Shown here one piece after another: positions 1 to 13,609 of a stretch of DNA of 64,000 nt. The notes under the pieces are model-generated. The model was not told the origin of the DNA, ran no database searches, and was given only the letters and a program-made list of their open reading frames with translations. Position numbers and translations under genes: made by a program. Numbering within the stretch: position 1 is the first letter of the stretch; each line of letters starts with the position of its first letter. The DNA is from Octopus sinensis (taxonomy: Eukaryota): the NCBI RefSeq assembly GCF_006345805.1, contig NW_021836138.1, forward strand, positions 62,001 through 126,000. Direction: 5' to 3'.

Positions 1-395
1 AATTTTTATCATCAGACACCTACCATATTCTGAGCGCCTTGTTTCCCTGGGCATGGATTCACTGAAGCTCCGGCGTCTGGCGACGGACTTGGTAAACACC
101 CACAAAGTTATCAACCACCTCACCAACAACAACACTGAACACCTTTTTGATCTCCATGTGTCTAACACACGTGGACATGCCTACAAAGTCAGAAAACAAC
201 ACAGCTCCCATGACTTTCGGAAACATTTTTTCACACTCAGAGTTGCTGAAGCATGGAATAAACTACCTGCGTCAGTTGTTAACTGCCATGACACTGCATC
301 CTTTAAGGCCCTCATGCTTTCCGAAATCCGCCGAAACTACACCTGATTATATATAGACTTTAGATGAGTTGTAGTGCACCTGAGCACTGTACACA

Positions 396-433
<38 letters not shown>
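1..433 (+). mobile_element. CR1/L2-type LINE 3' end (ORF2 C-terminus, short 3'UTR, (TAT)n tail)
   Basis: ORF 53-346 has TRGH..K.....RKHFFTLRV...WNKLP, typical of CR1/L2-group ORF2 ends; followed by GTTGTAGTGCACCTGAGCACTGTACACAA and (TTA)n. Homologous to 12312-12860 and 45187-45395. Confidence 0.85.
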
Positions 434-434
<1 letters not shown>

Positions 435-477
435 GTGGTTTTGAGAAAAATTCAAGAAATGAGTGATGTTTTGAAAT

Positions 478-865
478 AGGGAAGAGGCCTGGCTTTGTGG
501 TAAGAAGCTTGCTTCCCACCCATATGGTTCAGGTTTCAATCCCACTGCATGGCACCTTGGGCAAGTGTCTTCTACTATAGCCTTAGGCTGACTAAAACCT
601 TGTGAATAGATATGGTAGATGGAAACTGAAAGAAGCCCATCATGTATATATGTATATATCTTTGTGTGTCTCTGTTTGTCCCCGCCATCATTGCTTGACA
701 ACTGATGTCAGTGTGTTTACATCCCTGTAACTTGGCAGTTTGGCAAAAGAGACTGATAGAATAAGTACTAGGCTTACAAAGAATAAGTCATGGAGTTTAC
801 TTGTTCGACTAAAGGCGGTGCTCCAGAATGGCCATAGTCAAATAACTGAAAAGAATAAAAGAATA
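478..865 (+). mobile_element. tRNA-derived SINE, family A
   Basis: Diverged copy of 4333-4740: B-box-like GGTTTCAATCCC, CCTTGGGCAAGTGTCT core, internal (TA/TG)n, A-rich tail. Confidence 0.85.
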
Positions 866-1117
866 AGTTTAAATCTGGAACTGAATGAAAAAGCAAATCC
901 ACATATTGTTCCAACACACACACACACACTCACACACACAGACACACACACCTACACACACAAAGAGAAAAATGGTGAACGAAATAAACTAAGATAAGAA
1001 TTGATGTCTGAGAATGTCTAGAAAAGATATAGGTTGTTCATGACTTTCCAAAGGCTGTATTAAAGTTAATGCTGATTTGTCAAGATTTTACAGCATATTT
1101 AATTGCAACATCTCAGA

Positions 1118-1570
1118 CATACATAAATACATACACACATACATACACACATATATATATATATACACTTACACACATATATACACACACATACATACAT
1201 ACACACAGATACACATACATACATGCATATGAACACAAATATATATGTGTCCGTATTCATATATATGTATACTCATATATTCATGCATACTTCCCTATAT
1301 ACTTACAAATATATTCATATATACTTATATATAAATATATATATATACACACACAGATATATATATACACATATATATACATATATGTATATATATAAAT
1401 ATGTATTTATATATATATATCTATATCTATCTATCTATATATATATATATATAGATATATATATATATATATATATATATAATAATATATATATATACAT
1501 ATATATATATATATGTATGTATGTGTGTGTGTGTGTGTGTGGTGTGTGTGTGTGTTGTGTGTGTGTATGC
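1118..1570. repeat. compound (CA)/(TA)/(TG) microsatellite field
   Basis: Directly visible dinucleotide runs. Confidence 0.95.
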
Positions 1571-1736
1571 ATGCAATATTGTCAGTATTTAATTAATTCC
1601 AGTTAGACGAAAGGTCAATTGCCCTACTGGCGTATAGTAAAAAGAGCAATAAGATATAAAATACCACAAGGTATATATTGTATCTTTCAAAACGTTCTTG
1701 AACGATTTCCTTTTACCATGACAATAATAATTCTTT

Positions 1737-1781
<45 letters not shown>

Positions 1782-2244
1782 GTATATATATATATATGTA
1801 TGTATATTTACAAAGCAAGCTTTTTTTATCAGAAAAAAAGTAGCTTTATCATTTGATCATAGTAAATTATTTACTTATTTAATAAAAGCCTGGGAGATGA
1901 ATGTCATACAAACTCTGATGAGATTTAAAGAGAAACGCTAGAATTACCGGAAACTAGTGATGATATTTTTACTTACTATGTGAAAAAAGCAGAAAATCCT
2001 AACGTCAATGGTACTAACAAGAAAAAGATTACAAGTTGTTATAGCAATCAATAATTGATCATATAGGAAATCCTCTTTTTTTAAAAATTATTGTGTCAGT
2101 GTTTTTCCCTAAATTGTTATTTTCTTTTCTCACTCTATCTTAAAGTTGGCAATACCAATTAGAATGTTTTACTAATAAATTCCAGAAGTCTGGAATAATT
2201 AGCATACTACCAAATGAAAGAATCACACTTCCTCACCATATACC

Positions 2245-2476
2245 TATTTCTTTACAACCCACAAGGGCTAAACACAGAGAGGACAAACAAGGACAGACAA
2301 AGGGATTAAGTCGATTACATCGATCCCAGTGCATAACTGGTACTTAATTTATCGACCCCAAAAGGATGAAAGGCAAAGTCGACCTTGGCGGAATTTGAAC
2401 TCAGAACGTAACGGCAAACAAACCACAGCTATGCATTTTGCCCGGCGTGCTAACGATTCTGCCAGTTCACCGCCTT
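2245..2476 (-). mobile_element. tRNA-derived SINE, family B (tail type 1)
   Basis: Reverse complement of 16942-17173; flanked by direct repeat ACCATATACC (TSD). Confidence 0.9.
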
Positions 2477-3274
2477 CCCTTACCATATACCATTTTAATA
2501 AATAATTCATTTAAATTCTAGGGTTGTCTCCCTTACCGTTTTTCACATAAAGTTACTAAATGTGGTAATTTTTGTCCCTACTATGAATGTAATATTAATT
2601 AATTGACATGTCTTAATGTTCAGTATATCATACATGTTAATTTTTCTAAACTATTCGGCATTTTCATGCAATTTGTATCTTGGGCAGTCTTCCCCAAATG
2701 CACTCATTCATTTTAACTATCAGGAGGAGTTAAGTAATGAAGTCACACCTAGGAAATTTATTCGAATCACTCAGAGTTTTGAAGACTTAATGGAATAGCA
2801 AAAAAGGACAAAAAACTCATTTTCACACAGTCAATATTTTGAGGATAGCAAAGGAAATTTCATTGGATTCAGTATCAGAAATTGATGAGAAAATATTTCA
2901 TCTCCTATTAGTACCAACCTTTAGCGGCACAGCTTGTTCATGCAGTGAGAGAGAAATGATAATTGCTGATGGAAATTCCCAACTAATTAGGGAAAATATG
3001 AAAGTAAGTGATCAGGGAAAAATGATAGCCAGAGGACTCAACATAAAACAATGAAAATAGGTGAGAAGGAACGATTTCTTCTAAATGATAACGAAATCTC
3101 TCCCCCCAAAAATAGTGAAGAAAATGAAGGGAACAGAGATGAACTAATTTTCACCTTATTTGGAAAGTGAACTTACAAAATTAGATTCAAACTATAAATA
3201 ACAGCCAAAAGATAGATTGCAAGTAAAATCAAAACTATGACATTACTGTAAAGATTATTCACCAACATGTGACA

Positions 3275-3495
3275 GTTCTGGTTGGGATGAATGTTACTGT
3301 TGTTTTAACCCCAGGAAACATCATCTGTGTCTTTATATTTTTAAACAGGAGAGTTTAGCACCCTCACTCAGCACAAAGCAATATCTGTGGATATTTTTAC
3401 GGCTTCTGGGTTATTTTGCTTCCATGGCACAGAGTAACTGCTTGGATGAGCTATGAAACTCCCATTCAAAAATATATAGTTTTCAAAGTGATACC
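3275..3495 (+). repeat. dispersed structured repeat (homologous to 19765-20006 and 46375-46500)
   Basis: Shares GTTACTGTTGTTT(T)A(A/G)CCCCAGGAAAC, CAGCACAAAGCAA and CCCATTCAAAAATATATA.TTTTCAAAGTGA with the reverse complement of 19765-20006. Confidence 0.75.
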
Positions 3496-3832
3496 CAATC
3501 TTTTAACTTAAAAGAAAATACCCATCAAAATGTTGGTGTTTTTCAACATCAAATATCTTAAACAAAGGGAAAAGATGCTCATTGGTGTCTTTTGACTACA
3601 CTTGAGCATAATCGAAGAAATAAATAAGTGAACAAGTTTGTAGAGTGCTCTCACTCAACTTATTCTGTAAGCTTTCATGCTTTATTTCTGAGACTATGTC
3701 ATCATAATTGTGTGTTTTAGAGAATTCATATTCTAACTTTATATTCATGCAAACATGTGTGCAATTTGTACATTTGTATGTGTGTATATAGATGTGTATA
3801 TATATATGTATATATATATGCATGTGTGTGTA

Positions 3833-3897
3833 ATAGATAGATAGATAAATAGATAGATAGATAGATAGATAGATAGGTAGGTAGGTAGGTAGGTAGG

Positions 3898-3950
<53 letters not shown>

Positions 3951-3993
3951 GGATGGATGGATGGATGGATGGATGGATGGATGGATGGATAGA
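3833..3993. repeat. (GATA)n/(GGTA)n/(GGAT)n tetranucleotide microsatellite
   Basis: Directly visible. Confidence 0.95.
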
Positions 3994-4332
3994 CAGAGAG
4001 ATAAATATAGTTGTCAATGCATATATACATGCCTATACACATATATCTATGTATGGCAGGTGCATGTCAGTGTGTTTGCTTAAATTAGCAGTTCTCTAAT
4101 ATTCACTGTGTAAACTGTGCTGATCTTGCCATTTCTCCTATCACCAAATCATATGACGGTTTCGTGCCTTCAAAGATGAATGGAGAAGTGATCTCTAACT
4201 TAAGAAACAAGTAAGAGTTAGCCAATGAAAGGCTTCCATCTATAAAACCAAACCTTTGTAATAAATTCATCAACTACATACAAATATTGAAAAGCAAACT
4301 TGTATGTATCTATGTATATATCTATGAATGTA

Positions 4333-4740
4333 GGGTGCAGGAGTGGCTGTGTGGTAAGTAGCTTGTTTACCAACCACATGGTTCCGGGTTCAGTCCCACT
4401 GTGTGGCACCTTGGGCAAGTGTCTTCTACTATAGCCTCGGGCCAACCAAAGCCTTGTGAGTGGATTTGGTAGACGGAAACTGAAAGAAGCCCGTCGTATA
4501 TATGTATATATATATGCGTGTGTGTGTTTGTGTGTCTGTGTTTGTCCCCCTAGCATTGCTTGTCAACCGATGCTGGTGTGTTTATGTCCCCGTTACTTAG
4601 CGGTTCGGCAAAAGAGACCGATAGAATAAGTACTGGGCTTACAAAAGAATAAGTCCCGGGGTCGAGTTGCTCGATTAAAGGCGGTGCTCCAGCATGGCCG
4701 CAGTCAAATGACTGAAACAAGTAAAAGAGAAAGAGTAAAG
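4333..4740 (+). mobile_element. tRNA-derived SINE, family A (near-consensus copy; CORE-like central motif)
   Basis: A-box-like GTGGCTGTGTGG, B-box-like GGTTCAGTCCC, CACCTTGGGCAAGTGTCTT (resembles CORE-SINE core), 3' hairpin CAGTC-AAAT-GACTG, (GTAAAAGA) tail; about 10 copies in window. Confidence 0.9.
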
Positions 4741-4924
4741 ATTATAAGTTTATATATGCATGCATTCTTGGAAATTAATTAAAATATTCCTTTTTACTTT
4801 AGCAGAATTAAAGCCAGACACTGGCAAATTGGTAAGCCCTTTCATTTAAGTTATGGTTTTTCTTAGGACTTGTAGACATCTACGGTTGGGAAACAAACAC
4901 CTTACCATGTAGCCTTGCATTTGT

Positions 4925-5095
4925 TAAGCACCCATACTCACTGTGTAGAGGTTGGTCTCAGGAAGGGCATCCAGCCATAGAAACCAGGCCAAACAGGCTA
5001 TGATGTCTGGTGTGGCTCCTGGCCTTGTGAGTTCCTGCCAAGCTATTTCGACCCATGTCAGCATAGAAGACAGACGTTAAATGTTGATGATGGGT
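4925..5095 (+). mobile_element. family C retroposon 3' part, degenerate
   Basis: AGGAAGGGCATCCAGCC...ACCCATGTCAGCATAGAAGACAGACGTTAAATG(TTGATGATG). Confidence 0.7.
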
Positions 5096-5184
5096 GATAA
5101 TGATTTTGTATATTTATGCACATATGTCTGTGTATCGGTGGGTATATACATATACACACGTGCACATACACATACACAGAAAGA

Positions 5185-5283
5185 GACAGAGATATAGACT
5201 GATAGATAAATAGTTAGATAGGTAGATAGATAGACTGATAGATAGATAGGTAGATAAGGAAAGAGAGAGAGAGAGTGAGAGAA

Positions 5284-5314
<31 letters not shown>

Positions 5315-5898
5315 AATAGATTGATAAATAGACAGAGGGATAGGTAGATAGATAGGTAAATAGATAGATAGATAAATAAATAGATAGATATGTTTATATT
5401 TGTGAGTATGTATGTGTGTATGTATGTATGTGTGTATGTATGTATGTATGTATGTATGTGTGTATGTATGTATGTGTGTATGTATGTGTGTATGTATGTA
5501 TGTATCTGTGTATGTATGTATGTATGTATGTGTGTATGTATGAATATATGTATGTGTGTATGTATGTGTGTATGTTTGTATGTGTGTATGTATGTATGTA
5601 TGTATGTGTGTATGTATGTATGTATGTATGTATGTATGTGTGTATGTATGAATATATGTATGTGTGTATGTATGTATGTGTGTATGTATGTATGTGTGTA
5701 TGTATGTATGTATGTATGTGTGTATGTGTGTATGTATGTATGTATGTATGTGTGTATGTATATATGTGTGTATGTATGTATGTATGTATGTATGTATGTG
5801 TGTATGATGTGTGTATGTATGTGTGTATGTATGTATGTGTGTGTGTGTGTGTGTGTGTGGATGGATGGATGGATGGATAGATGGATGGATGGATGGAT
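5185..5898. repeat. (GATA)n + (TATG)n/(TGTG) + (GGAT)n microsatellite block
   Basis: Directly visible; source of the HTY/MYVC-rich ORFs. Confidence 0.95.
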
Positions 5899-6696
5899 GC
5901 CAAATGCAAAAGAATATTTAGAAGATAAAACAAACTGCATCCGGTATGTGTTTGGCAGTTAAATCTCTTGTATGCGACAAGCTGAGTGGTTAACAGAACA
6001 AATGCTATGAGATATTTCTGAAAAATAAAAGCTTCTTAATGTAGGTAAAAAGGGTGACAACAGCTAAATTAAAGAGTATCGTTGAAGGCAATTCTTGAAA
6101 TACATATTTGCAACTCAACTAGAAAATGTGATGTTGGAATGAGAAATTGGAATAAAAAATATGATGATGTAGAAATTGTGTTTTAAAAGATTATTTCTTA
6201 AACAGAGGCAGATTGCACAAATAAACTGGTAGAAGACGTTTTAGTTTTTCTTTATTTTCCTTCATATGTAGTGAATTTATTTGGAAACAATAACTGCATT
6301 GAAATTGAATGTTTAATTACCTATGATGTGTTATTTATATATATGTATATATATGTAATTTAATTTATTCAGTTAGATTTCTTGCCTTATATCTTTATTG
6401 AAGTTTGTAGGTGTATGAAAGTATCTGTGAACCACATGTACATATTTACATGTACACTATATCATCATGATCAACATCATAATCATCATCGTAATCATCT
6501 TCATCCTCGTTGTCATCATCGTCGTTGTCATTGTCGTCGTTGTCATCATCATTGTCATCATTGATGTTGTTATCCTCATATTCATTATCATCATTGAATG
6601 TCTGTCTTCCATCCTAGCAGTGGTTGAGCAGTTCACTAGAATCCAATAAACTGGAGGATTGTATCAACCTCCAATGTCTACTTTAACATGGTTTCT

Positions 6697-6797
6697 TATT
6701 TCTTTTACTGCCTACATGGGGCTACACATAGAGGGGACAAACAAGGACAGACAAATAGATTAAGTCGATTATATCGACCCCAGTGCGTAACTGGTAC
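6697..6797 (-). mobile_element. SINE family B, 3' fragment
   Basis: Matches tail-1 segment GGGGACAAACAAGGACAGACAAA...AAGTCGATTATATCGACCCCAGTGCGTAACTGGTAC. Confidence 0.8.
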
Positions 6798-7008
6798 ATG
6801 AAGGATTGTGTAGTAAGCAGCATCATAGTGAAAATAAAGAGCAGCAATGAACTAAAACCATAGATGAGAAACAGAGAAACAGAGAGATGTTGTGTGGGAC
6901 AGATGGATAAAGAAGACGTAAGGGAGAAAGAGGCATACAGGGACAGAGATGGAGGTCAGGGATGCATAGGGAGGAAATACTGATGAACAAAGGTAAAGTG
7001 ACAGTCAA

Positions 7009-7041
<33 letters not shown>

Positions 7042-7385
7042 TTAGCGTCCGTTTTCCATGCTAGCATGGGTTGGACGGTTCAACTGGGGTCTGTGAAGCC
7101 AGAAGGCTGCACCAGGCCCAGTCAGATCCGGCAGTGTTTCTACGGCTGGATGCCCTTCCTAACGCCAACCACTCCGTGAGTGTAGTGGGTGCTTTTTATG
7201 TGCCACCTGCACAGGTGCCAGACGGAGCTGGCAAACGGCCACAAACAGATGGTGCTTTTACGTGCCACCAGCATGGGGGCCAGGCGAGGCTGGCAATGGA
7301 CACGAATGGATGGTGCTTTTACGTGCCACCGGCACGGGGGCCAGGTGAGGCTGGCAACGGACACGAGCGAATGCTGCTTTTACGT
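7009..7385 (-). mobile_element. family C retroposon with (GAT)n tail and internal ~58-bp tandem units
   Basis: (CAT)n, palindrome CCATGCTAGCATGG, GATGCCCTTCCTAACGCCAACCAC, then about 3 units beginning GGTGCTTTTACGTGCCACC. Confidence 0.9.
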
Positions 7386-9103
7386 ATGTATGATAATTTA
7401 TTGTGGAATTCAGAAGGGTAACCAGATAACTAATATGTTAGAGAATATGGCATATTTGACATAGAGTTAAATATTTAAAACTTTTTGTTAATTAGATGGC
7501 ATATTAGGCAATCTTTCCTAAAATTTGGCTCATGCAATAGAAAGAATGGCTCACATTTGTTTGTGTTTTGTTTTTTTATTGCTGAGACTTTAACTACCTG
7601 GAGGCTAATGATTATTCTGATCACTACAGATAATTGGCAGAAATTAATGTAAAAAATTAAAGCCTGGAGAGTAATTTTGTTTGGATATCGCCAGACTTAA
7701 AGCTGAAACATTAATTGTTACTGAAGTCTAATGAGTATTGCTATCTATGTCATATCTCTTACAGTTTATCAGATTATGTTTAATTAGAAACGTACTTTAG
7801 CTTTTAAAAGAAACTTAAAAATGTTAATCGTTCATAATATCAACAAAATTGTTATGATGAAAATTTTGTCTTTTGAGATTGTAGAGATGTTAGTGCAGAG
7901 GTGAATAGATGTGTGCTACGTGTAAGAAGTTTAATGGATGATAGTCTTAGATTCATCACAGTAAAGAAACATACATACAAGTTCTTCTGAATGGTTAACA
8001 TGACTGATGTGGGCAAAAAATAGACATATTGTTGGCAAAGAAATAGATAACTGAAGCAACTGAGGTAGACAGAGATTGTTTGTCAGAGTAATCAACCATA
8101 ACTAGTTATGGGGAAACATACCTGTAGGAGCTTAATCTAAACCTAGGCACCACAATCATGGTTGACAAAGGAGCAAAAGAACTATTCTATAAGGACCTCT
8201 TGCAGACTTCTCACTGCTTCCCATCTTCAGTTGCATCAATACAAAGTGAATATTCACATATATGCTTGAAATAAATCCTCATTTTATGTATTTAGAGTGC
8301 TTAACAGTGTATGGAGTTACAGGCTTATAAAATAGTAGGGCTTGCCATTAAAAAAAAATTCATGTCACTGAGAATATTTTCATAAATATATTATTTACAA
8401 GCTTAGGAAAATAGGAAACAGAGATGAGTTTCTTTCACATATGCTGAATTTTCAATGTGAATGAGTGTCTGGGAGAATGAAACTGTTCTAAGAAACATCG
8501 ATAATCATACAAACAAACAATATATTAATCCAAGTTTGTTGTACCAAGTACAAAGCTTACATAAGAGTATATAAAAGTATGCATATGTGTTTGAGTATGA
8601 GTATATGTGTACATATGTATGAGTGTTTGTGTGTACAAGAAGCTTGGGCTAAATTTGACAATTTGCATCAAAGGAAAAGAAAACACTATGTCATTGAAAA
8701 ATAATGTATTTTAAAAAATCAAAAAATATCAACTAGATTATGGCTGTTTACTCAAAGTATCTATCCTCAGCTCCCTCCACAGTCTCAAGAGAGCTCCAGA
8801 ACCTGGCACATGCATTTGGAAGATCTCAAAACATCTTCTTGATCTTTGCCACAAGATTGGAACCATGTGGTTGGTAAGCAAGCTACTTAGCACACAACCA
8901 CTCCTGCGCCTATTGAGTAAATGAGTACATCATAGAGTTCTAAAGACTCTTCAGGCTTCAAGAGTAAAAGGTAACCTCATTAATGTTGGTGCCATGATGA
9001 AAAAGCACTCAAAACACTGTGAAGTAAGTGGCTGGCAACAAGCAAAAATGATGTTGGGCAAAAGAACTCTTTAGACTTGTTTTCAACCTGACAACCCCCT
9101 GTA

Positions 9104-9476
9104 ATGTTCCGGCTTGATTCCCACTGCATGGCATCTTGAGCAAGTGTCTTCTACTATAGTCTCAGGCCAACCAAAGCCCTGTGAGTGGATTTGGGAGATG
9201 GAAACTGAAAGAAGCCCGTTGTATATATGTATATATATATATATGTGTGTGTGTGTTTGTGTGTCTGTGTTCGTCCCACCAACATCGCTTGACAACTGAT
9301 GCTGGTGTGTTTACGTCCCCGTAACTTAGTGGTTCGGCAAAAAAAAAAACGATAGAATAAGTACTAAGCTTACAAAGAAGAAGTCCTGGGGTCGATTTCC
9401 TCAACTAAAGGCGGTGCTCCAGCATGGCCACAGTCAAATGACTGAAACAAGTAAAAGAGTAAAAGAGAGAAAGAGT
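9104..9476 (+). mobile_element. SINE family A, 5'-truncated
   Basis: Aligns to 4333-4740 from the B-box onward. Confidence 0.88.
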
Positions 9477-11897
9477 ATATATTGTATTGTTATTCTCTGA
9501 AAAGTCTTTAATTATATTTCATAGTCCGAGTACATACTGGTCTTTAGATATACACACAGCAGATTAAAGGTAACCTTGGTAAATTTAGATGAGGATTTTG
9601 AAGAGAGGATTTTACCTTGGGACAGCAAAGCACCTACAGTTGCTTTGAACTCTGAACCAAGTATCTACACAACAACTTGAAGAAGCTAACTTAATCATAA
9701 ATAATATGAATAGTTATTAATTAGAATGTATTGTCAATATCCCATTTATCAGATGTAGATGCATTCAAGTTTTGTCTAATACCAGAGAGTTTGTATATAT
9801 TTATCAGGATAATCTTTCTTATGGCTGGCATTATATTTGATTCATATAATAGCATGTTGCCTCAGAGGAAAGTAATGAGCTGCTAGAGTTTGGAATTTGT
9901 GGCTGGCATATATGAATGCTTGAATAAATCATAGGAAATGAGGTAACTATCAAGATTCTATAAACAAAACAAATAAAATAAATACCAGAAATTCCAAAAT
10001 AAATTTGAATTTGAGAAGTTTCTAAAGATTGAAGAGAAAGCATTGATAATTTCAACATTTTCCTTTTCTTTATTAACTGTTATTGAGTGTATGCTTGTGC
10101 AATGAAGTGCATCAGATCTAAAAGCATAATATTTTCAAATGGTCTTTGATCAGCAGTAAGCTAATGAGATAATTGAAAAATAATGCATTAATTGACTGTT
10201 GAAGAAAACATCTAAAACAAAAGAATGGAAGAAATGAATGAGTTAATGAAATAATGAAACCACAGCCAGTTCTGAACTAAAGAATAAAATACAAAAACTA
10301 AAATATTTTTTAATTAAAGAAATGAAACTTAGGCTTAAGTACCTGATTATATCAAGTCTAAGACCAATTGATATAAAACTGATTCTAACAAAATTCTTCA
10401 TGCAGAAAATTGGTTAGAAATTTTAAGTAGAGAATATTACCAAATGGTAAGATAGCTGAGAGTCAGGTGAAGAAAAGAGATATTTATGGAATGAGATGAA
10501 AAAATATCCTGAATTCATTTATGCAAAGAAAAGAGGAGAATGATGACTAGTTACATAGGAGCACAAAGCCACAGATTTAAATTATAAATCAAATTGTATA
10601 ATATGCATGAGTGGGGCATGGATGACTGTTAGAAATATTAGCAAAATGAAATGATTATAGCTTAGAACTGAAATTCTGCTACAGTCTTGGTTTGTCTAAA
10701 AGATATTTACATTTTCTGGCACTCAATACAATAAGAATTATATTAATAATTTTTAATATTAGCAAAAATTAACTTATTGGCGTAGGAATTTTCTGAACTG
10801 GCTCAGAATTTTATCGCATTTGCTTCTGACCCCAAAATATGGAAAATAAAGATGACCCCAGTATGAACTGAACTCATAATTTAAAGGAATGTAGCTAAAT
10901 ATTTTACAGGACTTTTTCCAGCCTTGTATTGATTCTGCAAATTTCTTGTTCAAGTATTATTAGTAATAATAATATCAGTGATTTCTTATTCTGACCATAG
11001 GCCATACCCTTGGAGGGAAGACTGTAGTCAGTTTTAATAGGTTTGACTGGTACTTGATTGATCATCTGGAAAGAAATAAAAAAAGAAAAAAAATTTCTTC
11101 AGTGAGATTTGTACTTAGAATGTTGAGGGCCAACACTAAATGCTGAATGCTAATTCTTTTGTAATTAAGATAATAAAGAGGCATTACAATGCAAACCAAT
11201 CAAAACTAAAAGAGAGATGTTGTGTGATATTATATGCAGAGAAGTGTGAAATAATAAAATGCAGAGAAATGGAAAGAGAAGGTGATAGCCACTCAAGAAG
11301 GCACAATGCATCTAAAATACCTTGTCATCTTTAGCTTTGGGCAAATATTCTCCTTATATCATCCTACAGGAAAGAAATGAAAACTTGACCTGTTCACCCA
11401 CACCATAACTGCCACATATTCAGCTTTTCACGAAGGCAGGAAATTCTTTCTCCATTCCAACAATACTCTTTAAGAAATACTTTAAAAAATTGATGAGATT
11501 TTAATTCAGAAAGAAAAGGTACTTTCAATTTCCTGCACCTTTCTTCATCCATTCATCAAACGGAGGAACATCCTGAAACATGTTTATACTGCTCTCCTTC
11601 ATCCAAAGAATTGTTAAGTTACAAACTTCAAATGGCTATTCTACTAATATTTTCCATCTGACAAATAGTAACAATCACCTAACAACTGTTTAATATCCTG
11701 CCATTGTATCTATTTGCTAGATTTCAGGCTCTGGACATAAAAATTATTTTCAGTGTCTAACTTAATTCACTTTTATAAAAATATTTGCATAGATTCTTTC
11801 ACTTCTTTACATACAAGTGAGAGACACAATACATAAGATGAATGCAGAAATGCATGACTCATTGTTTAGTATTAAGACTAATTCTTGTTCAGTATTT

Positions 11898-12095
11898 CAT
11901 CATCATCATTTAACATCTGTTTTCCATGCTGGCATGGGTTAGACAGCTTGACAAAAACCGACACTGTGTTCCAAAGTCCGTTTTGGCTTGATTTCTAAAG
12001 CTGGATGCCCTTCCTAATGCCAACCACCTTACAGAGTGTACTGGGTGCTTTTTATGTGGCACTCACACCAGTGCCTTTTACATGGAACCACTGCC
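11898..12095 (-). mobile_element. family C retroposon, degenerate
   Basis: CATCATCATCATTTAACATCTGTTTTCCATGCTGGCATGGG...GATGCCCTTCCTAATGCCAACCAC. Confidence 0.8.
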
Positions 12096-12311
12096 CTATT
12101 TATATTTTCAATTTCATTCTAAACGTTTTTGAGATGATTATAAAATACTGGTGTAAACCATTGATTACACTTTAAAGTTCTAAAAACTTTGGGAATAAGG
12201 CAAACTTACATAGTTAGGGTGATTTTCATCATAGTTTCAATGCCTTATAGAAATATTTACATATTGACTTTTATCTGTGTCTCATCCTTATAAATTTAAG
12301 GACTTTACCTG

Positions 12312-12860
12312 TATAATAATATAATGAAATTATTGTATACAGTGCTCAGGTGCACCACAACTTGACAAAAGTGCATATAAAGCATATGTAGTAATGCACA
12401 AATGTCTGGGAAGGGAACAGTGTATGAGTCAGATACATGCATGTGTGTGTATGGAGGGGAGAAAATCAGGTGTAGTGTTGGCGAATCTCAGGAAGCATGG
12501 AAGTTTTGAAGGATGCAGCACTCCGACAACTAACAACTGCTGCTGGCATTTTGCTCCATGCTTCAGCAACTCTTAGCATGAAAAAATGTTTCTGAAAGTC
12601 ATGGGAGCTGTGCTGTTTTCTGACTTTGTAAACATGTCTATGGGTGTTAGACAGGTGGAGTTTGAAAAGGTGCTCAAAGTTATTGTTTGTAAGATGGTTA
12701 ATAATTCTATGGGTGTCTACCAAGTCAGCTGCCAGACGTTGGAGTTTCAATGTGTCCATGCCCAGGTAAGTAAGGCATTCAGAATATGGCAAATGCCTGA
12801 TGGAGGGTATTCTCTTGGTTGCACGTTGCTGAACGGTTTCCAGATGATTAATATCCTGGG
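12312..12860 (-). mobile_element. CR1/L2-type LINE 3' end (long 3'UTR variant)
   Basis: ORF 12466-12792 is homologous to ORF 53-346 (KVRKQHSSHDFQKHFFMLRVAEAW); same terminal GTGCACCTGAGCACTGTATACAA motif. Confidence 0.85.
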
Positions 12861-13609
12861 CAAAGAAATATATAAACTATCTGTTGTCTCCAACTAAATG
12901 TCACTAAACTGGAGATAGTTGGTACAACCATAGAACAATATCATGTATTCATCTTTTATATTTTTTTATATTCAAGTTTTATTTTGAAGATAACATGATA
13001 ATTATATTTCATGAGGCTAAACAAGTCTTTTAACAAACTATTTAATCAACTAAATAATCAATCATTTCTAAGAAATGTACAAAAATACTGACAATTTCTC
13101 ATTTTAAATGAGACTTTGATAAGATTGTTATAAGCACTATCATGAAATTTTAAAGCTATGCACTTTGATTATTTTCTTCTTTCGATATAGTTCAAAACTT
13201 TCCATGAAATATAAATTTATTTAGAAGCAACAAAAGTCAAATTCCTTGAATTCTAACATAGAAAATTAAAGAGAGGGAAAATATTCTTCTAATAGTTTAT
13301 TCTTGTGATTTATCAAGAAAAGACAATTCTTGCTTATTTGATTTTAAATACTGAATACTATGTCTAACAAAATGTGGGTGAAACTAATTTAGTAATTTTA
13401 TCAGTTGGCATAAATTGTTAAAAGTGAATACATTGAAAAAGTGATAAATCTAAATATTTTTTAAAAATCACTTTTACTACATGTTAATGTTATTGTTATT
13501 GATATCTAATGTAATATCAATAAGTTTTAAAATGTTGAAGACTAATATTTGCGGAATATTGAATTATATTTCTGAAAATTTATTTCCAAACATTTTATAT
13601 TATTTTCAG

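Noticed and set aside
1915-1937. CTGATGA...GAAAC hammerhead-like spacing
   Set aside because: The intervening bases cannot form stem II.
2616-3170. Two adjacent short ORFs with protein-like composition
   Set aside because: No recognisable motif; interrupted by stops.
5077-5962. Long ORFs of 154-287 aa (also 1069-1606, 40176-40718, 48118-48551, 55477-55989, 59421-59939)
   Set aside because: Stop-free translations of microsatellites with no domain content.
7071-7421. Apparent gene family MDGSTGV.EARRLH.AQS (also 14322-14663, 56878-57162)
   Set aside because: Antisense translation of the family C retroposon.
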